A program made the translations under genes and the position numbers. A model generated the notes under the pieces. The model ran no database searches. It was not told where the DNA came from and saw nothing but the letters and a program-made list of their open reading frames with translations. DNA of 64,000 nucleotides from Octopus bimaculoides (Eukaryota). Below are positions 23,301 to 32,337 of this stretch, one piece after another. The stretch is taken from NCBI RefSeq assembly GCF_001194135.2, contig NC_068999.1:36886296-36950295 (forward strand), written 5' to 3'. Every line of letters starts with the position of its first letter. The first letter of the stretch is position 1.

Positions 23301-25885
23301 TGGTGATAGGAAGAATAAGCAACTGTAAAATCTTGCCTCAACTCCCTTTCAATCTCCTACTGACATGGAAAAATGGACATTAAGCCAACAGAAAGCATGT
23401 AAAATGTTGGTTATCTTAGACACAAAACTGTACATATGTAAGGATGATAGAGGTGGAAGCATAGCTGTGTGGCTGAGAAGCTTGCTCTGCAACCATGTTG
23501 TCTTGGGCAAGTGTCTTCTATTGTAGCCTTGGGCCAACCAAAGCCTTGTGAGTGGATTTAGTAGATGGAAACTGAAAGAAACCAATATCACAACAGAATT
23601 GAGATCCTAAAACCAAGGTAAGGTGCCAGTTGAAAAGCACCTGCGATGGTGCCACATAAAAAGTACCCAGTACACTGTGGAGTGGTTGGTGTTAGGAAGA
23701 GCATCCAACTGCAGTAACCAAGCCAAAACAGACTACGGAACCTGGTACAGCCCCTGAACATACCAGTTCCGGTCAAGCCAGCCAACTTATACCAGCATGG
23801 AAAGCAGGCATTAAATGATGTGTTAGTGTGTACTCTTGTCTGGACATCATGTGATGTTTGTCAATGAGCAAGTTTGTTCATTTCCCAATCTTCCATGCAA
23901 AACATGCCTAGCATATGGGAAAATATTACATTGCTTGAAAACAAGTGAGGATTGGCTATAGAGAATCTACCTCCACAAAATTGTCTGATCTATGCAAGCA
24001 AGGGAAAAACGATAAATGATTAATTAATTCTCAATACATTACTGGTAGTTATCAGTCCCAAAAAAGATGAAAAGTAAGTCCTTCTTTGCAGGATTTAAAA
24101 GACAAAATAATTTTTTTTTTTTAAATCCCACAAAAGTCACATTTTACGAATTCTTTAATTTCGCTGTTTCGTATATTTCAGGTTGTAGTGAAATGCTAAT
24201 GGCAGAAGCTGTTAGTAATCTTGCTGCTAAGACTCCGGGCAAAGAAGCTGTTGCTATGGAAGCATTTGCTAAATCTTTAAGAATGGTAAGATATTTTAGT
24301 AAACACTTTCTTTTATTCTTTTTGTAATTCTAGTTATTACTGAATTTATTTTTATGTTTTAATGTGGCCTTTTAACATTTTTCTTTTTACTCCACCCTTT
24401 GAATTTCAGATCCCTACAATAATAGCTGATAATGGTGGGTATGACAGCTCTGAACTTGTCACACAACTCCGTGCTGCACACACACAAGGCAAAGTTACTT
24501 ATGGTCTTGGTAAGTCTTACAACATGTCAACTTGTCATTTTCTCCCTCCTTCCTTTCTGCTTTCTTATATTCATTATATCTTTATTATAGTCTGTAGCCC
24601 CAGATTAGTCCTGATCCATATCAACAGTTTTCCAGTTGTGAACATCTTGTAAGTCAGGGCAGACTGGCCCTCATGCCGGTGGCATGTAAAAGCACCCACT
24701 ACACTCTTAGAGTGGTTGGCATTAGGAAGGGCAGATCAGATTGGAGCCTGGTGCAGCCATCTGGTTTGCCAGTCCTCAGTCAAATCGTCCAACCCATGCT
24801 AGCATGGAAAGCAGACGTTAAACAATGATGATGATGATGTTGGCTTCATTTCAAGTACTACTACAAATTATGGTTAACATTCACCTTTCCATGCTGGCAT
24901 GGGTTGGACATCTCATCCAGGTTGGTAAACAACAAGGCTGATAAAGAAGCCTTCCAGAAATTGTTCAACCTGCTTGAAATAGTAGCCATATCTCCTTCGA
25001 ACCACACTCTACTGTCTTAAGGAATTACATAATGGACAATGTAGTCCTAGATATACAAAAGCTGGGTGGTCATACCTGGAATGCCTTTGATCATTGGCCT
25101 ACTGAGCTCAGCTAAACAGCAACAATCTTAGGTATGTCTGTCTGTTTATTGGAGCTCTTGTCTGTCCAAGCTATGCTCTTCAGAGTATTCAAACTCCTCA
25201 TTAGTAAGCAAGCTAAGGTAAAACATCAATCTATCATTTCTATGGTTCTTCTAGTTTGGTGTCTTGATAACTTACATTACTTCTAAGATCAGAGTTGTGA
25301 AGTACCTGTTATATTTTCAAAATTGTTCCAATTTTGTAATGGAAGAATGGACTATCATTGATTGATTGATTACTAATTTATCTATTAATGTTCCTTCAGA
25401 GTATTCTAGCCAACCGCATGCTGGAAGCTACTGAACTGATGACAATGGTCTATGTGATCCCAACCAATTGACATTGGCGCTTCAGTCAGCAGGCCAACAT
25501 CATATTGACTATCTGTACTTTCATAAGCTTATTTTTAATATAGAAAACAAGGACTTTTTATTGAAAACCTCTGAAAGTAATTACTTGTACAATTTCCTGG
25601 CAGTATTGGTTTTTCTGTGTGTGTATGCACTTGCATGCTAAATGTGTTTCATCAAAACTAAAAACAAAACAGTTGTTAACTCTCGTGCTTTTATTTCAAT
25701 TTCTTTTGACAGACATGAACAATGGTGTGATAGCAGACATCTCAGTTCTTGGAGTGACTGAATCATTGAAGGTGAAACGCCAGGTGTTGACCAGCGCATC
25801 AGAAGCTGCCGAAATGATTCTGCGAGTTGATGATATTGTGAAGGCTGCCCCAAGGAAACGACAGCCAGATATGCGCCCTCATTAA
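5656..25885 (+). CDS. CCT2: T-complex protein 1 subunit beta (CCT-beta), spliced CDS of 16 exons, 537 aa
   Basis: Manual splicing: 5656-5658, 9784-9861, 11122-11187, 11331-11445, 12595-12671, 13494-13606, 14782-14908, 16750-16825, 17720-17820, 19612-19739, 20780-20883, 21761-21868, 22706-22846, 24182-24285, 24410-24509, 25713-25885. The sum is 1614 nt, all phases match and there are no internal stops. Motifs: [66 protein letters not shown]. All introns are GT-AG except the inferred first one (GC-AG). Confidence 0.97.
6848..7348. other. Assembly gap
   Basis: N run. Other gaps: 15348-15566, 30783-31467, 39193-39340, 45096-45105, 46586-46941, 47936-47945, 57329-57623, 60239-61079. Confidence 1.
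7349..7665. mobile_element. Partial second copy, opposite orientation, of the 63090-64000 element
   Basis: Reverse complement of about 63117-63430; includes the 16-bp palindrome CTATTCAGCTGAATAG at 7492-7507; cut by the gap. Confidence 0.85.
8158..8348. mobile_element. 191-bp MITE with perfect 31-bp TIRs and a CCCTAA core
   Basis: GGTACTACTAAAGCAGCGTGGTCCTGAACGC and its exact reverse complement at the other end; inner inverted repeat gctagtcgtgagtgg; sits within a (TA)n tract. Confidence 0.92.
9232..9627 (+). mobile_element. SINE family A (tRNA head, CORE-like CCTTGGGCAAGT, internal TA/TG microsatellite)
   Basis: Near-intact copy. Similar copies at 30095-30492 and 48289-48660; many decayed copies on both strands (e.g. 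1034-1445, 14325-14480, 34617-34945, 56040-57270). Confidence 0.9.
9784..9861 (+). CDS. CCT2: CCT2 exon 2 ([26 protein letters not shown])
   Basis: ttattacaacag acceptor, ctt|gtaagt donor; matches the CCT-beta N-terminus (GAxEExxExARL). Confidence 0.92.
11122..11187 (+). CDS. CCT2: CCT2 exon 3 ([22 protein letters not shown])
   Basis: ctctttcag acceptor, atg|gtaag donor. Confidence 0.97.
11331..11445 (+). CDS. CCT2: CCT2 exon 4 ([38 protein letters not shown])
   Basis: tttgctag acceptor, g|gtaagt donor. Confidence 0.97.
12595..12671 (+). CDS. CCT2: CCT2 exon 5 ([26 protein letters not shown])
   Basis: ttgttgcag acceptor, aag|gtaaaa donor; contains the GDGTT nucleotide-binding loop. Confidence 0.97.
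13067..13128 (+). pseudogene. Degenerate tRNA-Ala-like sequence in CCT2 intron 5
   Basis: atgtagctcattggtagagtgttcgctttggtgtgtgaaaggttccaggttcactcc resembles tRNA-Ala; no intact acceptor stem. Confidence 0.55.
13494..13606 (+). CDS. CCT2: CCT2 exon 6 ([37 protein letters not shown])
   Basis: ttttcag acceptor, gg|gtatgt donor. Confidence 0.97.
14782..14908 (+). CDS. CCT2: CCT2 exon 7 ([42 protein letters not shown])
   Basis: atttgtag acceptor, aag|gtattg donor. Confidence 0.97.
15127..15760 (-). mobile_element. RTE-clade LINE 3' end (gap inside)
   Basis: Minus [28 protein letters not shown] is the typical RTE post-RT segment; the 3' UTR ends in (GAT)n. Confidence 0.9.
16750..16825 (+). CDS. 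CCT2: CCT2 exon 8 ([25 protein letters not shown])
   Basis: gattccag acceptor, g|gtgagt donor. Confidence 0.95.
17720..17820 (+). CDS. CCT2: CCT2 exon 9 ([33 protein letters not shown])
   Basis: cttttcag acceptor, aaa|gtaaga donor. Confidence 0.97.
18213..18445. mobile_element. hAT-type MITE
   Basis: CAGTGGTTCTTAA / TTGAGAACCACTG TIRs; imperfect 8-bp TSD agttaaac/ggttaagc. Confidence 0.8.
19612..19739 (+). CDS. CCT2: CCT2 exon 10 ([43 protein letters not shown])
   Basis: ttttctag acceptor, ag|gtgggt donor. Confidence 0.97.
20780..20883 (+). CDS. CCT2: CCT2 exon 11 ([34 protein letters not shown])
   Basis: tattccag acceptor, g|gtagtt donor. Confidence 0.97.
21761..21868 (+). CDS. CCT2: CCT2 exon 12 ([35 protein letters not shown])
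   Basis: tgtttcag acceptor, g|gtaact donor. Confidence 0.97.
22706..22846 (+). CDS. CCT2: CCT2 exon 13 ([46 protein letters not shown])
   Basis: tgtttcag acceptor, g|gtttgt donor. Confidence 0.97.
24182..24285 (+). CDS. CCT2: CCT2 exon 14 ([34 protein letters not shown])
   Basis: atatttcag acceptor, atg|gtaaga donor. Confidence 0.97.
24410..24509 (+). CDS. CCT2: CCT2 exon 15 ([33 protein letters not shown])
   Basis: aatttcag acceptor, g|gtaagt donor. Confidence 0.97.
25713..25885 (+). CDS. CCT2: CCT2 exon 16, terminal ([56 protein letters not shown])
   Basis: ttttgacag acceptor; TAA at 25883-25885. Confidence 0.97.
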
Positions 25886-26102
25886 GTCGTTAAATTAGAC
25901 TGTTTCCAATTATTTACTACTACTATAATTATTATTACCACCAAGCCTATTTTGTGTTCATTGTTTTTGCTTCTGTCTTTAACTGTGCTATCCAGTTGGT
26001 CACATCCTCGGCTCATTGAGAACAACAGACTTCAAGTGACATGATCCAAGCTATAGTCATGTTCTCTGCTTTTCATACCATTAAAATATATATATATACA
26101 CC

Positions 26103-26108
26103 AATAAA
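26103..26108 (+). terminator. CCT2 polyadenylation signal
   Basis: AATAAA about 220 nt after the stop codon, followed by a GT/T-rich tract (gtgtttttactttttt). Confidence 0.65.
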
Positions 26109-27149
26109 TTGTGTTTTTACTTTTTTGTTCAGGCACTTGTTTTGTTCTTTTTTACTGTTTCTCATAGTTGAGGTGGGGGTGAGGATACAAACTTCCTTAG
26201 TTAATGAAATTATGATGGCTTTAAACATTTTGAACATGTTCAAAGGAGAAGAGTTACATGGTGCTTATTTTCTCATCGTTAATAGAGTGAAGAAGGGCAA
26301 AAATGTTTCCCTATTATCTGGTGGAAAGTGGAGCTGGCGTTTGTTTGAGAATGTGGATGACGGAAGAGAAAGGAAACAAAAACAAGAGATCTGGATATTA
26401 TCTTCTGAGGAGTAGCAGGCACTGCTGTGTGAATATCTAGGCAGGCACTGCCTGGGAGAAACTGAGGGTATGAAGAGTAAAAAGTGTGAGAGGCAGAGTG
26501 TGGTCTACCTCTAATTTTGTTTCTACCTTCCTACCATCTTCCAGTTCTTTCCTTCTACTCCTATTTTCCATCTGCCTCTCCTTCACATCCTCTTCCTCCA
26601 CTTATCCTTTTTCTTTGTCTTCCATTTCCTCTTTTTATATTCCTACCTCCTCCTCCTGAAACTTCCATCTCCTTTTCTATGATATATTTTTGTGTAGGCT
26701 TCACATTCAATCAATCACATCTGTAAAAGCCATGTGGAGATATATGGCCATTTTGTAGGGAAACAATCACCATTGCCATCAGTTTTAGATTATCTGGTTA
26801 TCAGCACCTGAAATATTCTTCTCCAAGGCACAGGTTTGGCCAGAGATTAGGTGGGGTTTTTCCTTGTTTGGTTGAGAAGTTTGCTTCCCAACCATGTGGT
26901 CTTTGATTTGGTCCCACAGCAGAGCACCTTTGGTAAGTGTATTCTACTATGACCCCTGGCTGATCTAGCTTTGTGAATAGATTTCGTACACAGAAACTGA
27001 AAGACACCTGTTTCACATGCATGTGTTTGTGTCTTATCTTGACATTGCATGATTGTTGAAAAATGTATGTTATTCATTTCCAATATTCTGCAAAAACAAT
27101 ATTGGCTGCCTTAATTCCACATCCATATCTGTGTCTATGCACACAACTT

Positions 27150-29480
27150 TAAAAAATGCTCATGTACCATTTGTTTCACCAATAATGAGATAACAAGGAA
27201 ACCCGTACACAGTTGCTTGTGTGAAAAAAATCTAAGAGCACTATTGGTAATGTAAAATCCAGTACATGTTGCATGATCAGATCTTCAGTGACTAAACTGA
27301 CAATACTAAAACCTCGATAAAGAGGATGAGCTTAAGACATACTATATCAAGCACAACCAGAGTCCAAAAATGCAGCCCTACCATGTATAATCAAGTACTG
27401 TTCTATGGCTGATAATCTTGAATAGTGTGGACTGCTAGCACTGTTACGAACAGCAACTGCATTCTCAATTGAGATTATTCAGGTAACCTGTTCTGACATT
27501 CAACAATGTCTATCAAAAACAAATTTCCGGTGGTTCCATGTTAAACAAAAATTGTCTTCTGTAATGATCAAAATAATTGGTGACATCAGACTCGGGAGGA
27601 ATAGTTTTCTTCATACTACTAGTGGAATAGAAAACCCATTTTTGATAGGTGAACTTCTGCCACAATTTAGGTTTAAGTAACTCAAGCAGTTGTAAATTTG
27701 CTCACAAGTTGCAGGACTGCTTGGTTTGCTTTTTAAACTGTCTTTCAATCTTGTGCACAGTGATTTACCTGTAAGCAATATTGATAAAGGATCTGAATAG
27801 GCAAAGGTCCTCACAAAAGCCCAGAACAACCATTTCGAGCGTGGCCGTTGCCAGTATCGCCTGACTGGCCTTCGTGTAGGTGACACGTAAAAGCACCCAC
27901 TACACTCTCTGAGTGGTTGGCGTTGGAAGGGCATCCAGCTGTAGAAACTCTGCCAAATTTAGATTGGAGCCTGGTGTTGCCATCCGGTTTCACCAGTCCT
28001 CAGTCAAGTCGTTCAACCCATGCTAGCATGGAAAGCGGACGTTAAACGATGATGATGATGAATGCACAGTATCTCAAAAACTTGGATTTGAGTGAGGCCT
28101 TCACTTGCACTTTACAAGATCTCAGAGATAACACATCATGGGTGGAGTCATAGTCTTTACTCTGATGAGTTGAGAACATGCCTCAAAAAGCCTACATTTG
28201 GGGACAAGTGGACAAACTTCATCTTCCTACCAGAATGAGAGTGGCTCATAACTGATGTCTCAGCCACTCGATTTCTATAGTTTTATTTCGGTAAGAAATG
28301 GTCAGTAACTAGTTACTACCAAGTGGAAGTGTCAAAATACCAAAACATTGTGGAACAATCATTAACATAGTTGCAGGCGTAGCTGATTAAAAAGCTTTGG
28401 TTGGCCCGAGGCTATAGTAGAAGACATTTGCCCAAGGTGCCACACAATGGGGCTGAATGCAGAACCATGTAGTTGGTGAGCGAGCTACTTACCACACGGT
28501 CACTCCTGATCCCTGTAACATAGTGGTTCAACAGAAGAGACTCAATAAAATAAGTACTATACTAAACAAAAAGTACTGGTGTTGATTTGTTTGACCAAAC
28601 CTTTCAACATGGCCACACTCCAGTTAAGGAAACCAGTCAAAGGTAAATGAAAAATTCATTGCAAAAGCAATACTTCATTCTTGTATTTGTTCCAGTCATT
28701 TGACTGCAGCCATGGCTTTTAGTCAAAAGAATCAACCCCATTACATATTTCTTTTTAGTCTGGTACTTATTCTATCAGCCTCTTTTTGCCGAACTGCTAG
28801 GTTACAGGGATGTAAACACACCAGCACTGCTTGTCATGGGGGGGGGGGACAAACACACACACACATATGTATGACGGGCCTCTTTCAGTTTCCCATCTAC
28901 CAAATCCACTCAAGGCTTTGGTTGGCCTGAGGCTATAACAGAGGACACTTGCCCAAGGTGCCACACAGTGAGACTGAACCTAGAACCATGTAGTTGGGAA
29001 GCAAGTGTCTTAAACTCTCACAGCATTATAGAAAACATGACTGGCTTTCTGAACATGCAGTCCTGGTTCACAAAACTGATGTTGTGCAGCATATTAACAT
29101 CACCATCACTCAACAGGTTCCAGTACATTAACAGTTGATGTTAAGGATATTGTCCAAGACCAGAGTTTCATAGTTTTCTTCAACTTACTGCTGTCCCTAT
29201 TTACAATCTGTGGTTGAATAAATGTTACCACAAAATTTTAACGCATCAAAACTCTGTAATGAAAAAGGTGTCAGAACTTATGTGGCCCATGTGATCAAAG
29301 CCACCATTATGACTGGTTGTGTTAAAGGAAATGTTTTCATTCCACACATTCCATCATCCCATTAATTATGTCATTTCATGTCAAGTGCCTTCAGCTTCTT
29401 GTGATTCTGTATTTTTCTATGACTATCCAGTTTCATGGAAAGTCCCTCAAGGTTGCTGGTGTTGAACTGAAAAGTTCATG
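27150..29480 (-). mobile_element. Old I/Jockey-group LINE RT remnant split by younger RTE and SINE insertions
   Basis: Frameshifted motifs in RT order on the minus strand: TISLTSTVNVLE (about 29130-29165), FAYSDPLSILLTGKS (YADD-like, about 27760-27810), LTWNH, RTVLDY. Confidence 0.55.
27822..28062 (+). mobile_element. RTE 3'-UTR/tail copy
   Basis: Same tail as 15127-15347, ends gttaaacGATGATGATGAT. More copies at about 24655-24840 and 61790-62035 (+), 49990-50180 and 51360-51540 (-). Confidence 0.88.
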
Positions 29481-30094
29481 TTACTTTCATGGTCAGCTCT
29501 ATGATGTATGCTGACATTCTGGGCCAAGCAGACATCTTTTCATCTGAACACCAAACAACAAAAGCTGAAATGTTGTCTACTGCAGAGATTGAATGAGTTT
29601 CTATTAGAATTGCTTTTGTTCGAAGTAGTAATAAAACACCATTCCAAAGACTCCACATAAAATAGAAATGTGGGAATAATTGAAACATGCGCTTGCATTA
29701 CAATAAGAATATATATTATTGTACTACATGTAAACTTGCTAAAAGTCATTTAAGTTTTACACAAAAATTGTTTCAATATATTCAGCACTCAAGCCATACC
29801 AGGTACCTCTGTCTGTGTGTGTACATGTGTTTGTTTTACGTTTACACTACTTTTAACAATCATTGCCAAGTAATCTATTGATTTGACAAAGAGATGTCCA
29901 TAGATTAAACCTTCAAAGCCTGTGGCTGCAGTCCAATAAGAGAAAAAAAGATTGCATATCATCATCATTTTAATGTCAACTTCTCCATGTTTGCCTGGGT
30001 CAGATGGAATTTGCAGAAAATAATTTTCTACAGCTGGATGCCCTTACTATCGCTGACCTTCTCCTCTTTCCAAGTTAGGTAATTTTTTACCCAT

Positions 30095-30492
30095 GGAGTG
30101 GCTGTGTGGTAAGTAGCTTGCTTACCAACCACATGGTTCTGGGTTCATTCACACTGCATGGCACCTTGGGCAAGTGTCTTCTACTGTAGCCTCGGGCCAA
30201 CCAAAGCCTTGTGAGTGAATTTGGTAGACAGAAACTGAAAGAAGCCCGTCGTATGTGTGTATATATATGTGTGTGTGTGTGTATATGTTTGTGTGTCGGT
30301 TTCCCCCCACTCCCAACATCGCTTGACAACCAATGATGGTGTGTTTATGTCCCTGTAACTTAGCGGTTCAGCAAAAGAAACCGATAGAATAAGTACTAGG
30401 CGTCCAAGGAATAAGTCCTGGGGTCGATTTGCTCAACTAAAGGTGGTGCTCCACCATGGCCACAGTCAAATGACTGAAACAAGTACAGAGAG
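30095..30492 (+). mobile_element. SINE family A copy
   Basis: Colinear with 9232-9627. Confidence 0.9.
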
Positions 30493-30727
30493 TATGGCTT
30501 GATATGTTTTTACAGAAGATTAGGAAGGGAAGACAACACTTGCAATCATGCCGTGCCAAGACAAGGAGACATGAACTCACACAAATGTACACACACACAC
30601 ATACATACATACATACAATACAATTACAAAGAATATGGAGACAGGTACATCTTCAAATTTATCTAATAATTAAACAATAATACACACGCACCTGCATACA
30701 CAGACACACACACATACATATAAACAC

Positions 30728-30782
<55 letters not shown>

Positions 30783-31467
30783 NNNNNNNNNNNNNNNNNN
30801 NNNNNNNNNNNNNNNNNNNNNNNNNNNNNNNNNNNNNNNNNNNNNNNNNNNNNNNNNNNNNNNNNNNNNNNNNNNNNNNNNNNNNNNNNNNNNNNNNNNN
30901 NNNNNNNNNNNNNNNNNNNNNNNNNNNNNNNNNNNNNNNNNNNNNNNNNNNNNNNNNNNNNNNNNNNNNNNNNNNNNNNNNNNNNNNNNNNNNNNNNNNN
31001 NNNNNNNNNNNNNNNNNNNNNNNNNNNNNNNNNNNNNNNNNNNNNNNNNNNNNNNNNNNNNNNNNNNNNNNNNNNNNNNNNNNNNNNNNNNNNNNNNNNN
31101 NNNNNNNNNNNNNNNNNNNNNNNNNNNNNNNNNNNNNNNNNNNNNNNNNNNNNNNNNNNNNNNNNNNNNNNNNNNNNNNNNNNNNNNNNNNNNNNNNNNN
31201 NNNNNNNNNNNNNNNNNNNNNNNNNNNNNNNNNNNNNNNNNNNNNNNNNNNNNNNNNNNNNNNNNNNNNNNNNNNNNNNNNNNNNNNNNNNNNNNNNNNN
31301 NNNNNNNNNNNNNNNNNNNNNNNNNNNNNNNNNNNNNNNNNNNNNNNNNNNNNNNNNNNNNNNNNNNNNNNNNNNNNNNNNNNNNNNNNNNNNNNNNNNN
31401 NNNNNNNNNNNNNNNNNNNNNNNNNNNNNNNNNNNNNNNNNNNNNNNNNNNNNNNNNNNNNNNNNNN

Positions 31468-31568
31468 GGGTCGAAACCGGACGTGGTTCCTCCTGATGAT
31501 GTCTTGAGCTAACTGGATCCTATAAAGGAGCTGTTGTGGTAGCAGACCACGAAACATGGTTGAAATTC
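31468..31568 (+). mobile_element. Second copy of the Penelope-like end (cut by gap)
   Basis: 94 nt identical by eye to the reverse complement of 42078-42171. Confidence 0.55.
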
Positions 31569-32089
31569 TTCAGAACATATCTCCTGACTTTTTATTTATG
31601 TATGTAATCACTGTTTTCTTTTTTCGGGGTTTTTTCCGATGCAGAATTTTTACTACCAAATACCCTTCCTGTCACCAACTCCTTTAGTTATCTCCCATGA
31701 CATGTGAGCGCATGCACATGCACACACATACGCAGACACATACATGTGTGCGTGGAAAGACATAGAGAGTGCACTATAAAAGGAACTTACTGGAGTGTTA
31801 TAAGTAAAACAGACTTGCTATGAAAATGGGTATTTACGTAAAGTCATACCGATAAATTTTCCTCATCTCAATAATTTTAACGACGTGTAGTGCTTATATG
31901 TACACACACACACACACTGAATAAAATACGTTGATTTTATTCGAATACTCGAAAACATTATTAACAAGCTAAGAGAGAGAGAGAGTTGTATGCAGTGTTC
32001 AGGAGAGATCCGGAACTATTTTACAGACGCAACTATATTTCAGCTACCACCGTCCCTGTAGATTTTCAAGCCGTCATTGGATGTAAATC

Positions 32090-32105
32090 ATGGCTGATGG
32101 TTCAG
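32090..32105 (+). CDS. Probable first coding exon of a second, unidentified gene (MADGS)
   Basis: aaatcATGGCTGATGGTTCAG|gtatgt: good start context, strong phase-1 donor, preceded by a GA repeat and non-repetitive sequence; phase matches the exon at 54714. Confidence 0.6.
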
Positions 32106-32289
32106 GTATGTTTACAGTTTGTTCGCAAACATTTTGTCCTCCACACTCTCTCTTCTTGTTTCAGTCAGATATTTTATCATTATTAATATCCTACTTCAAT
32201 CAATGCTGCAGCGATATTTATCGTCCTTCTTCTTAAAAGTTGGAACTTTTATGTCAAAAAACATACTCAATTTTTGTGTTATATTGGGT

Positions 32290-32337
<48 letters not shown>

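Noticed and set aside
26041-26415. 124-aa ORF after the CCT2 stop
   Set aside because: Overlaps the 3' UTR and poly(A) signal; no recognisable motif or splice support.
27611-27934. 107-aa minus ORF with an acceptor-like cttacag, a possible convergent gene
   Set aside because: Its first half is an RTE tail and the rest fits a frameshifted LINE RT remnant.
28162-28200. CTGATGA followed by a ttgag/ctcaa stem (also CTGATGA near 33565)
   Set aside because: No GAAA core or stems I and III; not hammerheads, and no box D partner.
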